This document shows, one piece after another, positions 1 to 13,489 of a stretch of 64,000 bases of DNA. The notes beneath the pieces are model-generated. The model was not told where the DNA came from and did no database searches. It was given only the letters and a program-made list of their open reading frames with translations. The stretch covers positions 21,876,213 to 21,940,212 of the forward strand of contig OZ234493.1 in the NCBI GenBank assembly GCA_965153455.1, in the 5' to 3' direction. The stretch's first letter is position 1, and the number at the start of each line of letters is the position of its first letter. The translations under genes were made by a program, and so were the position numbers. This stretch comes from Sphagnum compactum. Lineage: Eukaryota.

Positions 1-599
1 ATTATTGTTGGTGCATCGAACAACTCTTTATGTCACATATCTGTGGCTTAAGAACAAACAAGACATCAGTGATTTCAAGTCTTCCCACAGATTTAAGGTT
101 GTGAAAGCTTCAAGATATTAGAGAGTTTGATAAATAATCTTTTCCTTTCATTTCATTGTCATCCTTAGAGAGAATGAATTGGTAACATCATGGGTGTTAA
201 TTTCAGAATCTATTTAACAAATTTCTACTTATTTGTGACATGTATTTATTTGTACAATAACCAGAAGGGCAGACTCCTGATGATGGAAATAATTCAAAAA
301 CCCTGAGGTAGAATTAGTGCTGATTGTAAAAGATACCTAAAAAGGTTTTTAAGAAATTCCCATGGCCAAGCTCATGGACATTTTGGTTTTTTACTCCATA
401 ACCAAGGTACAATCATATGTGAACATTTAGATCATTCTCATGCATTTTGTATGCAATATTTATGTCCTTCGCAATACATGTACCACATTCCTTATTCCCT
501 ATGTGAAGAGTTATGTTCATCTTTGACTCAAGATTTGCTTGGTCGGACCTGTGTTCAAGAACCTCGAGCTCTATAATTTGTTGAAATTATAATGAATAA

Positions 600-910
600 A
601 CCAATGTTAGGCAGCTTTATGGCATTTTATTTTATTTTTTGGCGAAATTTCGCCAAATTTCGACCTGAAAAATATGATTTTGAACTATACAAAAGGTTTT
701 CCATGGAAAAAATGCCCAAATTCACCCAGAATTCAAGAAATAAAATACAGTCCAGATCACCAATTTTTTATGATAAGTTTCAGAAGGTAGTCAAGAATAT
801 AGAACTACTTTCATATCTAATCTGTAGCCAAATCTGGCTAAGTCTGGCTAGATCATCCTATGGATGATCTCCACTTCAGCTACATCACAAAATTGAAAAA
901 AAAAACCTGG
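600..910. mobile_element. Short non-autonomous repeat/MITE-like element
   Basis: Starts with the palindromic TTTGGCGAAATTTCGCCAAA. Its 3' part (gtagccaaa...ggatgatctccacttcagctacatcacaaaattg...aaaaaaacc) recurs at 41590-41872. Confidence 0.45.
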
Positions 911-1542
911 TATATGGTTTATCATACTCTAATATGGTAATGGTATAGACAAGTTCCATACCAAAATGAGTATAAGAAAAACAATTATTTTAAATGATGG
1001 TAAAAATATAAGTAGTGAGGAGCAAGTAGTGAACATCGACATTGAAACTCTGTGAAATATATATCACAAGTTAAAATATTCTCTGTTTTAACTTCGAATG
1101 CTTGAAATGAAAGCTAGTCGAATGTCTAGAATGAAGGTTACCAGAACGCCTGGAAGGCTCCTAAGACAGTTTATGTTGTGTGACATTCTTGGAAGATACG
1201 AACGGAAAAATCAAGAAAGCTAATGCAGCATGACAAATGGGTTGCGCACATGAAGGAAGAAGCGCAGCAGCCTCGAGAAGCAGCTCTGCCCACGATCAGC
1301 CACAAAACTGGGAGCCAGAAAATCCCGACGTTCTGCTCGTTCAGACCCGGCAGATGTCTGCCTGCCACTGTAGCTTCCCTTCCGACTTGCCCACGAACTG
1401 CGGCGCTCAGTTTAGCACTCTGCACGAGTCTCTCACGAGTTTCATCGTTCACCTTCGTGCTCATCCGTGCTCACCTGCCTGCATTGCATAACCATTTTCT
1501 GATTGCACACAATATAGGCATTGTGTTTTTCAATTTTTTTCT

Positions 1543-2255
1543 TTGAATCACATTTTCTTCTGTCTTTCTCACCATGGAACCGTCTCAAGAGCCAAGTTTC
1601 CTGTACCAGATGATGATGGGTTCAAGCTCTTCACTTCCCTTGTTCGTTGTGCCTCACAGAGCACCTCCAGCTCCACCCAAGATTGGAAAGATGATTCTAC
1701 GGCATTGTTGATGGATTTGTTTGAGGAGAAGTTTCTGGCGAATAGCATGAACAGCTTGACACAGCAGCAGTGGCAAGAAATTTTATTGAGGATTGAGGAG
1801 GCATTTCCATCCACCCTCCGCACACTTGAGTTCAAGTTCAGTGCAAAGTACACAAAATCCAGAAGGAATTTAATCAGTTGAAACAGGAGCATGGAGAATC
1901 CAGCGCAGGTCAATGCAAATGGCCATGGTTTAAGCAATGTTTAATGATTTGGGGCAAGACTTCCAAGGCTTGTGGCACTGCTGGAAGTATGGACAATGGT
2001 GTTCCAACTGATTCAGTAGGTGGATTTGCTCAGGAGCCTGTCAACTGGGAGGATATCGAAGAACATGATGCTCCTCCTCCTCCAGACAGACAGGTTCCTC
2101 CATTTGCAAACAACTCTTCTCAAGTCAGTAAGACTCCACCCACACAGAGGTCAGCAGCTTGCAAGAAGCCAGGGGTGGACGGTAAGCCTCCACAAAAATC
2201 TATTTTTAAGAAACTGTGCAGAGGGCAGGGAGAGAAAATTAGATGCAGCAACTAA
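1543..2255 (+). pseudogene. Myb/SANT-like (trihelix-type) DNA-binding protein remnant, possibly PIF/Harbinger ORF1-derived
   Basis: DWKDDSTALLMDLFEEKF...QQQWQEI...(frameshift/stop near 1822-1830)...VQVQCKVHKIQKEFNQLK...KWPWFKQCLMIWG shows the Trp spacing of Myb/SANT-like domains, split across two frames. Confidence 0.6.
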
Positions 2256-4104
2256 AAAGGTCGGCAGAGTATGTGTGCATGTGTGGCATCTTGTCTGCCT
2301 GCCTCGCTTTCTGCCAGCGAATTTCAAGGAGCAGACAGGCAGAAGCCAAGGTTTTCACAATTAGGTGCGTGTCCCAAAAGAAGCCCAAGGTGCTGTGTAC
2401 TCTGCTCTCAAACAGGGATAGCCATTGCATGTGCCGACAACTTTAAGGTACAGCAGGGTTTGAAATTCATTACCAATCAACCCAGGAATCAAGCATCAGA
2501 TTCACAATTTTCGAAATATAAAAGTTATCCGTAAAGTCAGGAAAAGACGCCACCGGAACCCCCTGTTTGGTCACATAGGGGATGAGATTTCAAAAAACAG
2601 GAAAAAAAACAGTACACTAGGCTTCAACGGGGCATGAAACTCAGTTTAGCAGCAAATTTGGTGCTAAACTGAGTTTTCCCTGTCCTTGCTTTTCCTGAAT
2701 GCATTCAACCAATCACTGCTGCTGCTCTGTGTACTGTAGCTATAAATGTTCTCGTGCCTCGTGCATTCAATCCTAAGTCTCAGTATTTCATTCCCTTATT
2801 TAATAAAATTTCATGACTTTGCAGACAACAGCCAGAAGGGGATGAAGCATCAAAGGAGGGGTGCAACTCAGGCTCAAAAGGGGATTAGTGTCTGGATAAC
2901 TCTATTGTCAAGAAATTTACAGGGCCTTGAACCTATTCCAGAAACAATTACCTGGAAGCAACTCAATGCAATTAAGAATCCATTTTCTTGTGACTTTAAT
3001 AAAAACGCCACACGACCTTGTTCACGAGCTTTAAGCGATGACTGCTGGCTTTACACAGTACATTTCAGGTCTCCACAAATGTCAGAACGACAATGGATTC
3101 ATGACTCAAGTCCGTATGTCAACACCTTAAAATCACCGGACAAGTTTTCAGAGAACGAAAGATTGCACCAGAAGCTTTTCTTGGCAAACGCTCACTTACC
3201 AGGCACCTTTTGTAGGCAGTTATGATGAACGTTGTGGATTTATGAACAATGAGGTAAGTGTAAGGTAAAGGTTGGGAAACACACTCTTACCAGGCGGCCT
3301 CTGCAGGTTGCTTACCCTACCAACCTCTCACAGTTTCAGCCCCATCGATATGTTTTTCCTTAGCATGAATTAGGTGGGAATCTTACAATGTAAATCAATG
3401 CAAACTTTGAGGGAGTACTTCCAAATTCCAATGTTGGAGCATCCTTTTTTTCCAATACAAAAGTTAAATTCGGCGCCATTCCCAACTTGTCTTTTCTTGG
3501 GAATTTGTTGGCTCTGCCCAGGGGGTGAGCACTGAGACATCATCTGAGGAGGTGAGATCACTTGCATATAGAAACTTGGAGTAGCTACCCTAGTAAAGTA
3601 ACAGGGGCTATGAATTCAAAATGAAGGAAATGTAACTTTAGATTCAAAGAATGGGGAAATAGCTTTACTTCATTACACTACTCCAGGTGACATTCCATTA
3701 TATCTTAAGCATGCATGGAACACAAACTTCTAGTGTTGCTGCAACCATGAAGAATTGACAATCAAAGAAAACCAATAACTTGTGACATGCAATGTTTTTG
3801 ACTCCTTGAAGTATTTTTGTTGATGTAGGATTAACAGCCAACAACTTAGCAACATTGGTGCAGAGCTGACAATTTTCAAAATATAGTTGGAATTACCTTT
3901 GAGAATAATAGTTGTGAAAACTATTAGAAAGAATAGCCTAATAGTCTGCAGTAGAAAACTAGTTATAATACAAGCAAGCCTTGGTTAAATTTCTGAAACA
4001 GAAAAACATGAGAGATAAGAAGAGGTGTGCTAATAAACTGTTAGGACAATTGAAATGTGGAACGTTACACATGTTATAGGGTGCTCTTTATGAATGAAGA
4101 AATA

Positions 4105-4870
4105 ATGTTGGCCGGTTCTAGTTACTGGGTACCTGGATCATGGGTTTTAAGTTTTGAAATAAAAATTCAGAACTGGAAATTAGAAATGCGAACCAGTCAG
4201 CAGCCACAACCAAAACTGGGAACTGGCCTCCAATTAGAACCGGACTCCGAACCAGAACTGACCCCAAAACTCATTGCATGCAATTTTTGGTTCTTCATTT
4301 CTTTAAATTAAAAATGAGAAATTCAAGTTTCAAAGTTGTTTTTTTCCCCTTTCTGAATCGGGTTAGACATGTCACTAGTTTCAGAAAAAAAAATCGGGGT
4401 TTGGAATAATAACAGCATCAATTTTTTGAATAACAATTTGGGTTGGGGTGGGGGTGGCATTAGGCATGTAGATTTTACTTCTGAAAAATGACTCAAATAT
4501 GCAATTTTGAGAATTTTTTATTTTAATTATAATTTTTTTTGGTGTTTAGGCATGTAGTTGATATAAGTGGTCACATTTCATTGGTGGTACGGTGCTAGTA
4601 CATAAAACATATTCAGTTTTGGACTCTGTGCAGTTAGGTAAAACTAGATTCAATTTAGAACCGGACTCACTTAAGAATTTATTTATAAAGAATTGGTAAT
4701 TGGAGGTCTTGAAATGTGAAGAATGGGGTCTGGAACTGGACCAGAGGTTCTATAATATATTCTTGAAAATTCTTGAACCAGAACCCAGGGTTCTTTAGAA
4801 AAAAATAAAATTGAACTTGGAACCGGAACCAGACGTTCTCTTGAAAACTAAGAACCAGCCAAAACACAAA
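4105..4870. mobile_element. Non-autonomous repeat with GAACC(G/A)G-rich subterminal motifs (also at 23090-23785)
   Basis: Clusters of ccggttc/gaaccgg/gaaccag motifs at both ends around an AT-rich core; present in both duplication copies. Confidence 0.4.
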
Positions 4871-6147
4871 ATAACCAATCAGGGATGTTACATCTGCAAA
4901 TAATCCTTGTAGTAGTTTCGGACAACGAACAGAAAATTCATAAACTTGTGGCAAATTACACCCATAATTGCCCTTCGAAAACCATGTAAAAATTTCTACC
5001 GGTTTCACTTTTTCCGCCTCTATAGCATCCTATTTACACGCTGGGGGCTTTCCTCCGCTCAAGAGTCGAGTACTACGTATTAGATTTAATGAATAAATAC
5101 AAAAGCCTCACGTAAAGGCCGGCTTTTACAATACAAAGTTTCCGAACCTTCCTTGCCGCTTTCCTTGTACCGTGTCAGTCTCCAATTCCTCGCTTCTTCG
5201 ACGACAGTGTAGTTTGCATCTTGGTGCACTTGTACCCGCGTAATCAAGCTATTTCACAGAAATGCTCCTTACATGCAGTACCTCATACCTCCAAAACACT
5301 CCCATCTTCCGCCTCATATTCACACCCGGCAGCTCCATCTCGTGGGTTCAAAGGTTCTTTGCAAATCAGGTTTCCGCAGAATAGGTCTTTGTTTGGTTGT
5401 TGTCACACTCGAATTGTGTCCGGTATAGAATCTAGTCTACATGATTTTTTCTCCTTTCTTTCCATTTACATTTTTCGTCTCTTGGTTTTTTAGAAAGAGT
5501 GATGACATCCTCCACGAACTAGTTTCGTGAAGCTGAGATGAGACTAGCCACCCGTTCTATTCAGATCAGACCACCCATTACTGCTGGATACACAACCTGA
5601 GTTTCCTCAAACCCTTCCTCCTCATGGTCCTCCTTTCAGCTTTCCTGCTGACTCCAAGTCGTCTTTTGAACTCACTGCACAGGGGTTCTAGCGTGCTCTG
5701 AAGCATAGAGCTTCGCACTTATCCATCTCATGCATTCCCTGACTGACGCGAGCAAACAACCACTTTTCCGCTCGCATGAAGGGGATTACCTCGGTCATCA
5801 CCGAGTGCGCGCCCTCGATCCTCTCTGTCTGCTTGCTGTCTTTCTCTCTCGTTGCTGTCGCTCGCCGGAGATTCATCGACGGTTGCCAGTCTCGAAGGAA
5901 GACATAGCCGGAGGCCAGAGATCACTGAACTCCCCGCCGGTTCAAAGGAACCGGGAAACTTAACAAGTGTAGCGTTGCAGTCAAGTCCTTTTCCAAGGCA
6001 GCTTGCGTATATCCAACGGAAGTGTTCCACCTATCACCCTCCGTCTTCTCTGCGGAGAAGTCAATATATCTTACGATTACGAACTTTCTTGCCGTGCTTC
6101 CAGTGCTCAACGCAGAACAAAATGAGGTCAGCCTCATTCTAGTGCAA

Positions 6148-7899
6148 ATGGAGCCAAGGAGAAATACAGAGACAGATGGGTCATCGGGGCGTCCTGTAAT
6201 GAGCGACGAACCCAATGAAAGCAGTGCAAAATCTGTGCTGACGGAGGTGACGAGAAGTTAGAAAAGAGTTTTGCGTGGTTCTATAATCGCCGACGAAGAG
6301 ATGGATGCTACTCTCAAATCTGAAATATTCTTCAACACGACAGACGGGTCACCGGGGCGTCCTGTAATGAGCGACGAACCGAATGAAAGCAGTGCAAAAT
6401 CTGTGCTGACGAAGGTGAAGAGACGTACCAAAAGAGTTTTCCGTGGTTCTATAATCGCCAACGAAGAGATGGATGCTACTCTCAAATCTGAAGTATTCTT
6501 CAACACGACAGATGGGTCATCGGGGCGTCCTGTAATGAGCGACAAACCGAATGAAAGCAGTGCAAACTCTGAACTGACGGAGGTGACGAGAAGTAACAAA
6601 AGAGTGTTGCGTGGTTCTGTAATGGCCGACGAAGAGATCGATGCTACTCTCAAATCTGAAGTATTCTTCAACACGACAGGTAGAAACTCGTCTGGATTGC
6701 GTGAGACCTTGTTCCCCGCACCTTCTGCTCGCAAGAAATGGAAGAGCAGGTCCGTGTACCTGTATCCTACCCTAGTGTTCTAAGCAATCCCCATCTTACT
6801 CTCTTGAATCTATTCAAGCATAGACCGCTTCCGCATCGTCTTGTCGAAGTCTACTGGAGCCCGACAATGGCATGACTTCTCTTAACATACATATCCTTAT
6901 GTGCTTAATTTTTAAAAATTCAAACCTTCTTTTTTGCGGTGGTGAGGTTAGGTTTCACCCAGCTAACCTTGATCATCAGTTCTTCAGAGTTAAACAAGAC
7001 CCCCTTGCACTCATGAACCTAGGACCCATCATTCTGCTCCACCTGAGGAGTTTTTCATGCCATATATCTGTTTCATGTATATAATTTCACTAGTGGCGTG
7101 TTCCAAACATGGAGATGCACACCAGAAATGCAAACTGGAATTTGAGTGATCCAGCAGGTATGTGTGTCATGCCTCTCATATGGCTCTTGTGATTTCATGG
7201 TGGAATTATACAGTGAGCCAGGTTGTTACACATTGACGGAGGTGAAGGTGATGACTGAGCATTTTGGGAAGAAAATTGAAGAAAATTTCTTTGGGACAAT
7301 GTACCATGGAAAGTTGCGAACCGGACAAGAAGTGGCAGTGAAGGTTTGGGCAGCAAGATCACATTCAGCTGCAATATAGTTTTACCATTTTGAAAAGGTG
7401 AGGAGCCCTATTTCTTGATCAACCAACCGTGTCTGATAACTTGATAGATCCACTTCTCATTAGAATGGAATTTTATTTGATCATTAAATTGCCTTGTAAA
7501 ACGATTGAGCTTCAACCATGCCCGGAAGTGATCTAAATACTTAAAAATGGTAGGACATGTTTAGCACAAGCATTGCATGCATTTAAGCACTGCATCAAGG
7601 AGCCATTCAACACCCCTACTGAAGTATATTACAAAATATTTTGCAAACTATGAAATTGTTAATATTGGAGCAAACTCATACCCTAGTTGCTTTTTTGCTC
7701 TTTTGCAAAAATTCATAGCCAAATGTGTGTTTGAAATCACAAGGGTTGTGATCTGGGTGTAAAATGTGGTTTTAGTTTTGTGGACAGTATGAAAAGTGTT
7801 GTGAACACATAGTCAAAATGATTGGTTATTGTGAAGAAGGAGATCAACAAATTTCAATCTATGAGTACATGCCTGGTGGAACTTTGCAACGTCTTCATG
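6148..7899 (+). pseudogene. Repeat-exon plus pseudokinase gene, copy 1 (disrupted)
   Basis: MEPRRN start with 3 x 168-bp units. In-frame TAG at ~6259 and again at ~7377 in the first kinase exon. Second kinase exon ends ~7899; later exons are absent because the copy is cut at 8535 by the MULE. Confidence 0.85.
6172..6678 (+). repeat. 168-bp (56-aa) coding tandem repeat, 3 units
   Basis: gggcgtcctgtaatgagcgac recurs every 168 bp. Confidence 0.95.
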
Positions 7900-8535
7900 G
7901 TGAGTTGCTGCTTCATATTGTGCAATCCAAGAGTAAATGAATCTGTTGTTGTTTTCCTAGTGAGCAGATGCTCCAATTAAATTTCATTGTCTACTAGGGA
8001 ATGCTTCCTTTTGTGTGTTGGAGGATATGTCACTAATGAAGTCCTTGCATACAATTAGGAAATCATCATTTTATTTGTAGGTTCTTTATGCAGAGTTTGC
8101 TACAGTTGCATTTAAAAGAGTATGTTAGATTGAAATAGAGTATGTCAAGTTGGACCATGTATTAAGCTTACTAAATGAATTAATTCTTGTACTTGGTTTG
8201 CTTTACGGTTCTGGTTTTAGAGAGCCCTATCGTCTAGGTCTATACATGATATCCATGTTATTCCTGAACTCTGGATTTTGATAGTGGGTGCAACTCAATT
8301 ATGAATGTAATGCATGCAACCTAGTCTCTTTGCTAAGATGATTATTTTTCATGGTCAATGGTTAACAATTGTTGTTTTAGCTATTTGCAACGGACATTGG
8401 GTGATTTAATTCCCTTGTTTCACACCCGCCTAGATGTGTATGATAAACCTTCTTGATTCCTAAATTAAAATATTGGTTACTTCTCCCCATTGTAATAATA
8501 ATTTTTTGGGGCCAGTGTTCCATGTTAGTTTATGC

Positions 8536-9085
8536 GCAGCTCCACGAAGAAGGCGACGGCAGCTGCCGTCGCCTTCTTCTCTCTACTACGGAGCTACGTT
8601 GCAGTGCAGCTCCACGAAAAAGGCGACGGCAGCTTCCATTGCCTTCTTCTCTCTGCTGCGAAGCTGCGTTACAATGCAGCTCCACGAAGAAAGCGACGGC
8701 AATTGCCGTCGCCTTTTTCCTGCTATGGAGGTGCGCTGCAACGCAGCAGAAGAAGGCGACTCTGTTGTGGAGCTGCGCTGCAACGCAACGCAACGAAGCA
8801 GGCGACGGTAGCAACGCTGCTATCGCCTTCTCCTCTCTCTTCTGAAGCTGCGCTGCAGCTGCACGAAGAAGGCGACGACAACTGCCATCACCTTCTTCTT
8901 CTTTTGTTTTGCTTTTTTTTTTCCCTTGTAGCATAGCATAAAAGGCTGCAACTTTGTATTGAAGAAGGTGACAACAGCTCCCGCCACCTTCTTCGCTTTG
9001 CTGCAAGGAAATGGTGAATTTGCCTTTCTTTTGTGGTTTTGCTGCGAAGAAGGTGACGGCAACAATGTCATCACCTTCCTCTATG
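8536..9085. repeat. Array of palindromic GAAGAAGGCGACGGCAG|CTGCCGTCGCCTTCTTC-type hairpin units (left end of MULE)
   Basis: Perfect 34-bp palindrome at 8546-8579 followed by several degenerate copies. Confidence 0.9.
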
Positions 9086-9178
9086 GTGGCGGATTTTATT
9101 TTTTCTTTGTTGTTGCTTATGGTGTAGTTCCTTAGAATTAACATTACAGTAACTGGTGGTCTTTTCTTTAGGGTTATA

Positions 9179-10642
9179 ATGGCCAAGGGAAGAAGATTGA
9201 GGAAAAGCGCTGGTGGGGAGTTGGAAATGAGTAAGGAAAATGGTACTGCGTTAGATGACGTAATTCTTCTGCCAAATGTTGTTGTGTCAGACGAGGCAAT
9301 TCTTCTACCAAATGTTGCTGTGTCAGACGAAGCAGATGCCGAGCCACACGTTGCTGCAACTGCCTAGCAAAATATGGCTGCAGCAGATGAAGCAATTGGT
9401 GACCGAAGTAGTGTTGCAACAGATCAGCCAATTGGTGAGCAAAATGGTGTTCTATCATAATTGAAAGACAAGGATGACAGTTTGGTATACATTGTTTTAC
9501 AATTTATGGACATTAAATTAAAGACAAATTAAGAAAATTGTACAAGTTTCTTCAAGTTTAATTATATCTGCACCTTCCATAATTTGTTGGAAGGTGCGGG
9601 ATTTTTTTTATCAAAATTTTTCTATTGCAATACCTGAAAATAGTTCATGTTTATAGGAGTAGTATGTGATTAAGTGAGTTTATGTTTTATAATACCTGCA
9701 TTCTGTTTTTTGATCTTTCATTTTTTGATTTAGGTCCGGAAGTTGAATCTGACCAGGCTCCTTAGCCACTTGCACTTCTTTGTCCACCTAATTTGGCTCG
9801 GAAGGACAAAGAATGGACGAAGGTTGGGTCGAAATGGAAGTGCAAAGCTGGCACTTGCACTGTCGCATATTGTGCCAAATGGTTGTTGACCTAGCATTTG
9901 AAGGAGGTGCATGGCTTGGTGGCAGAAAAGGCCAAACCTGGGAGGCCTTCAACTGGTGCAGGAGGTCCTCGACATCAAGACCATGCCAAAATGAATGCTC
10001 GCATCTTGGGAAATGCAATGGCTATGCAAAGGCGGAATGATCAAAAGGTGGCTAGTCGCGTTCGTGCGAAAGCACAACGCGAGTGGAAAAACCTGGTAAC
10101 TATTGCAAAATAGTGTCCACCATTCCCAAAACCAGCTTTGGTCAAATTAGTTCAGAGCAATTGTTGAAGGTGTTGGGCCTCAATGCTTGGGGTGTGGGCA
10201 ATGTGCCTCGAGATGTAGCATCACGGATGGAGAAGGATGAAGATTTACAAGGGATGATTCGATCCGCCTGTTGTGTATATGCACGACAATTGAAGACGGC
10301 ATGGGATGTAAAAAATTGGGATCGAGAGTCCAGTAAAACAAGTCGGACAAAACAGTTGGCAGATGTTTTGGATTTTCATGAATCTAAAATGAATCATGGA
10401 AGGTAAGAAAATGTTTATTATTTTTTTATTGGATTTCATTCAAGGTGTGTTAGGGTTTAACTTGGTGGTTTTTGGGTGTTTATAAGGTTCAGGGCCAAAC
10501 ACAGGAAGAGTTTGTTGCAACTGCAGTTCATGTTGAGATGCAACGCCGCCATTTTTACACTGCTCGTCATGCAGCAAAGGCTGCAAATGTAGCAGCTGCA
10601 TACCGAGCTAAACACGAGATTGTAGATACTGATATGGGTTAG
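9179..10642 (+). pseudogene. MULE accessory gene encoding a C2H2 zinc finger / AT-hook-like protein (decayed)
   Basis: Approximate exons 9179-9484, 9734-10402 and 10487-10642 with GT/AG borders. Reads WKCKAGTCTVAYCAKWLLT*HLKEVH (C-x4-C-x12-H-x4-H, 9841-9912) then KPGRPS. Several TAG/TAA stops and a frameshift near 10150. Confidence 0.65.
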
Positions 10643-11049
10643 GGTTTCACTCTATATAGTTAGTTATGTTTTGTAGCCCTTTTATTTTTTGGACTACCCA
10701 ATTTTGAATTTCGATCCTTTGATATGTTATAGAAAACCAACGGTTTTTTTTCATTGGGTTCTTTAGTAATTTTTCATGCACCCATTTTTGTACATCTTTT
10801 ACCAATATAATAGTATCTTCTACTCACACTTGTTTTATGGGTATATGGTTAAGCATATGTCTTCTTTGTCATAATTTTCTCAGTACTTGAGATGTAAGAA
10901 TCAAACCAAAGATCAAAATGAACATTGTGCAATACTTACATCTAATATAATAGGACTCACATCACCTGAAGAATTTTAAAACAATACACACATTTTACAC
11001 ATATAATACCTACATCATTTTCTATTATAAATTCCATAACGAGATTTTC

Positions 11050-11310
11050 AAATATGCAATACCCGCATATAAGTCTCATAATAACAGCTGGTTTTTTTGG
11101 CATCTCTTGCAATACCCGCATATGGGCCATAAATAGTTGTTGACATTCTTCATTCGTTGCAATACCCGCATATCGATCCATGGTATTCGCTAGGTTTTTA
11201 TAACATTCCTTGCAATACCCGCATATATTTCCATAATAGCCGCTGGTTTTTTTTGGCATCTCTTGCAATACCCGCATATAGGTCCCATAATAGTTGTTGG
11301 TTTTTTTCAT
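11050..11310. repeat. ~52-bp tandem repeat with TGCAATACCCGCATAT core (5 units)
   Basis: Core at ~11055, 11108, 11158, 11211 and 11264. Confidence 0.9.
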
Positions 11311-12682
11311 TCATTGCAAAACTTACATTTTGTCATAAAATTAATTCAGAATAATAATTAATTTAGGTATATAAAAAGACATATTTTGGGTACCCAGAGC
11401 ACTTATTTGTTATTTTGAAATGACGTTACATGCGGGTATTGCATTTAGGGTTTAGGGTCTTCACATAAGGTTTACCTCAATCACCTGCGAATTATTTCAG
11501 TATGAACTTGCATGTAGGTATTGCATCTAGGCTTTGGTCTTCATTCAAAGGCACACCCAAACTACATATTAGGTATTTCAAAGCAACTTTACATGTGGGT
11601 ATTACATTTAAGGTTGCCCTTTCATTGTAGGTTTTACCTTATTCACCTATGGGTTATTTTGAAATGAACTTGAATATGGCTATTGCATTTAGGGTTAAGG
11701 TTTCGTATAATTTTGACCCACTATATGATTATTTTAACCAAGAATTTATTTACTATATATCAGAAAAGTATGTAATAACATTTCAATCAAACATAGGATT
11801 AATATGTGGGAAAGATCATTTTTATTATTATGTGAAACATGAAAGAAAAAGTAGAAATTTATGTGCTTTGATATTTTTTTTAACATAGTTTAAAATCTTA
11901 TTAAATTAGAGACTTTATATTTATGTTTTTTGAAATCAGTATACAACTTCAAAAGGGGGGAAGAAAAAATTAACATCTTTGAAGAAATTTTAAACTTGAA
12001 CTTTTTATTTTTTGATCTCAACAAACTTTGTATTGCATTCAGGGTTGGGTTTTCACATAAGGTTTGTTTCTTACCTTTGTGTGATAACTCCAACCTAATT
12101 TTCCCAATCTCTTTGAAGAAAATATAGAATGAGATTGTATTGTTTCACATATGTCTAAACCCAAAAATTTCCCCCCAATTTAATATAAAATATTTCTGAT
12201 AATTAATGTATCATCAAGAAATTTTGTCATATAATTAAATAATTAATAGACCATTATTTCAGATAATTTAGATGAACATTTATCAAGAATTAGATAATCA
12301 TTTATTTATTTGGAATAATTAACTAATCATTTGGCTTAACTTTATTTACTTGGATAATAAAAAGTTGGATCTAAAAATCAGATTGATTAATTTGATATTT
12401 GATTAATTAACTTAAGTATATTTTTGTTTTAATAAGTTATTGAAATCACTATTTAAGATAATTATTCCATGTTATAGATTGTAAGTTCAGCTTTTTCATG
12501 AAAAATTCCTACGCCAAGATAAACTTGATCACAATTGTCATTGTATTATTTGTTCCACAAACAATACAACCTCTTTTCAAATTCATGAAACAAAGTAAGA
12601 ATCATGGAACTCCTAATCAACAACCCTAACCTCTATACACACCTTTGTTAACATATTAATTTGAAATTAATTAATTATTTTG

Positions 12683-13489
12683 GAGTGACCCAAAATGTAA
12701 GTACTACATTTAGGGTAGGATCTTCATTTAAAGAAGGCTTAACCCCCACATGCGTATTTTTAGTGTGACCCAAAATGTAGGTATTGCATTTAGGGTAGGA
12801 TCTTCATATAAAGAAGCTTAAACCCTACATGCGTCCTTTCTGAGTGGCCCAAATTGCAGGTATTGCATTTAGGGTAGGATATTCGTATAAAGATGCTTAA
12901 ACCCCATATGCGTACTTTCGAAATGGCCCAAAATGCAGGTATTGCATTTAGGGTAGGGTTATTTCAAAGTGACTTTGTGTCTGCATATTGTGTTTAGGGC
13001 TAGGTCTTCACTTAAAGGTATCCAAACCATTTAGATGGGTTTTTTTTTAAACATGTAGGTATTGCATTTAAGCTTGTTTTTTCATTGAAACTTGCAATAC
13101 CCGAACTTGTACTTACCTCTACCAACTGGAATGTTGGGGTTTCATTGCAATACCTACATTCGTACTGACCTTTACCAACTGGAATTTTGGGGCATAATTG
13201 CAATACTTGCACTTGTACTTACTTTTGCCAACTGGGATTTTGGGGCCTAGTTACAATACCTGCATCTAACACTAATATAATTATTATCCTTGTGTTTTTG
13301 CATTTCACACTTTTTGTGCTTATTACTTGGAAACAATAATAAGCTTTGTGCCATATTAGACTTCATGTGTCTGTTGAATACATGATGTTCAAAGAATTTG
13401 GGCTATGATTTCCTCCATACAAAATTGATTCTAAAAGAAAATTCTTAGTGCCAATGGCAACAATCTTGATTAGTAATTGAAACATTTAT
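12683..13489. repeat. ~0.8 kb internal direct repeat A, including ~79-bp units of cccaaaatgcaggtattgcatttagggtagg
   Basis: Colinear with 19144-19908. Confidence 0.85.

Larger units (their letters stand above)
3180..8535 (+). repeat. Segmental duplication copy 1 (paralogous to 22171-28449)
   Basis: Colinear near-identity from ttggcaaacgctcac (3181 / 22171) to gttagtttatgc (8535 / 28449), covering upstream DNA, the repeat exon and two kinase exons. Confidence 0.92.

Noticed and set aside
2746-3225. 159-aa ORF
   Set aside because: No recognisable domain, and it runs across the duplication boundary.
8453-9186. Multiple overlapping ORFs on both strands
   Set aside because: Artefacts of the palindromic repeat array.
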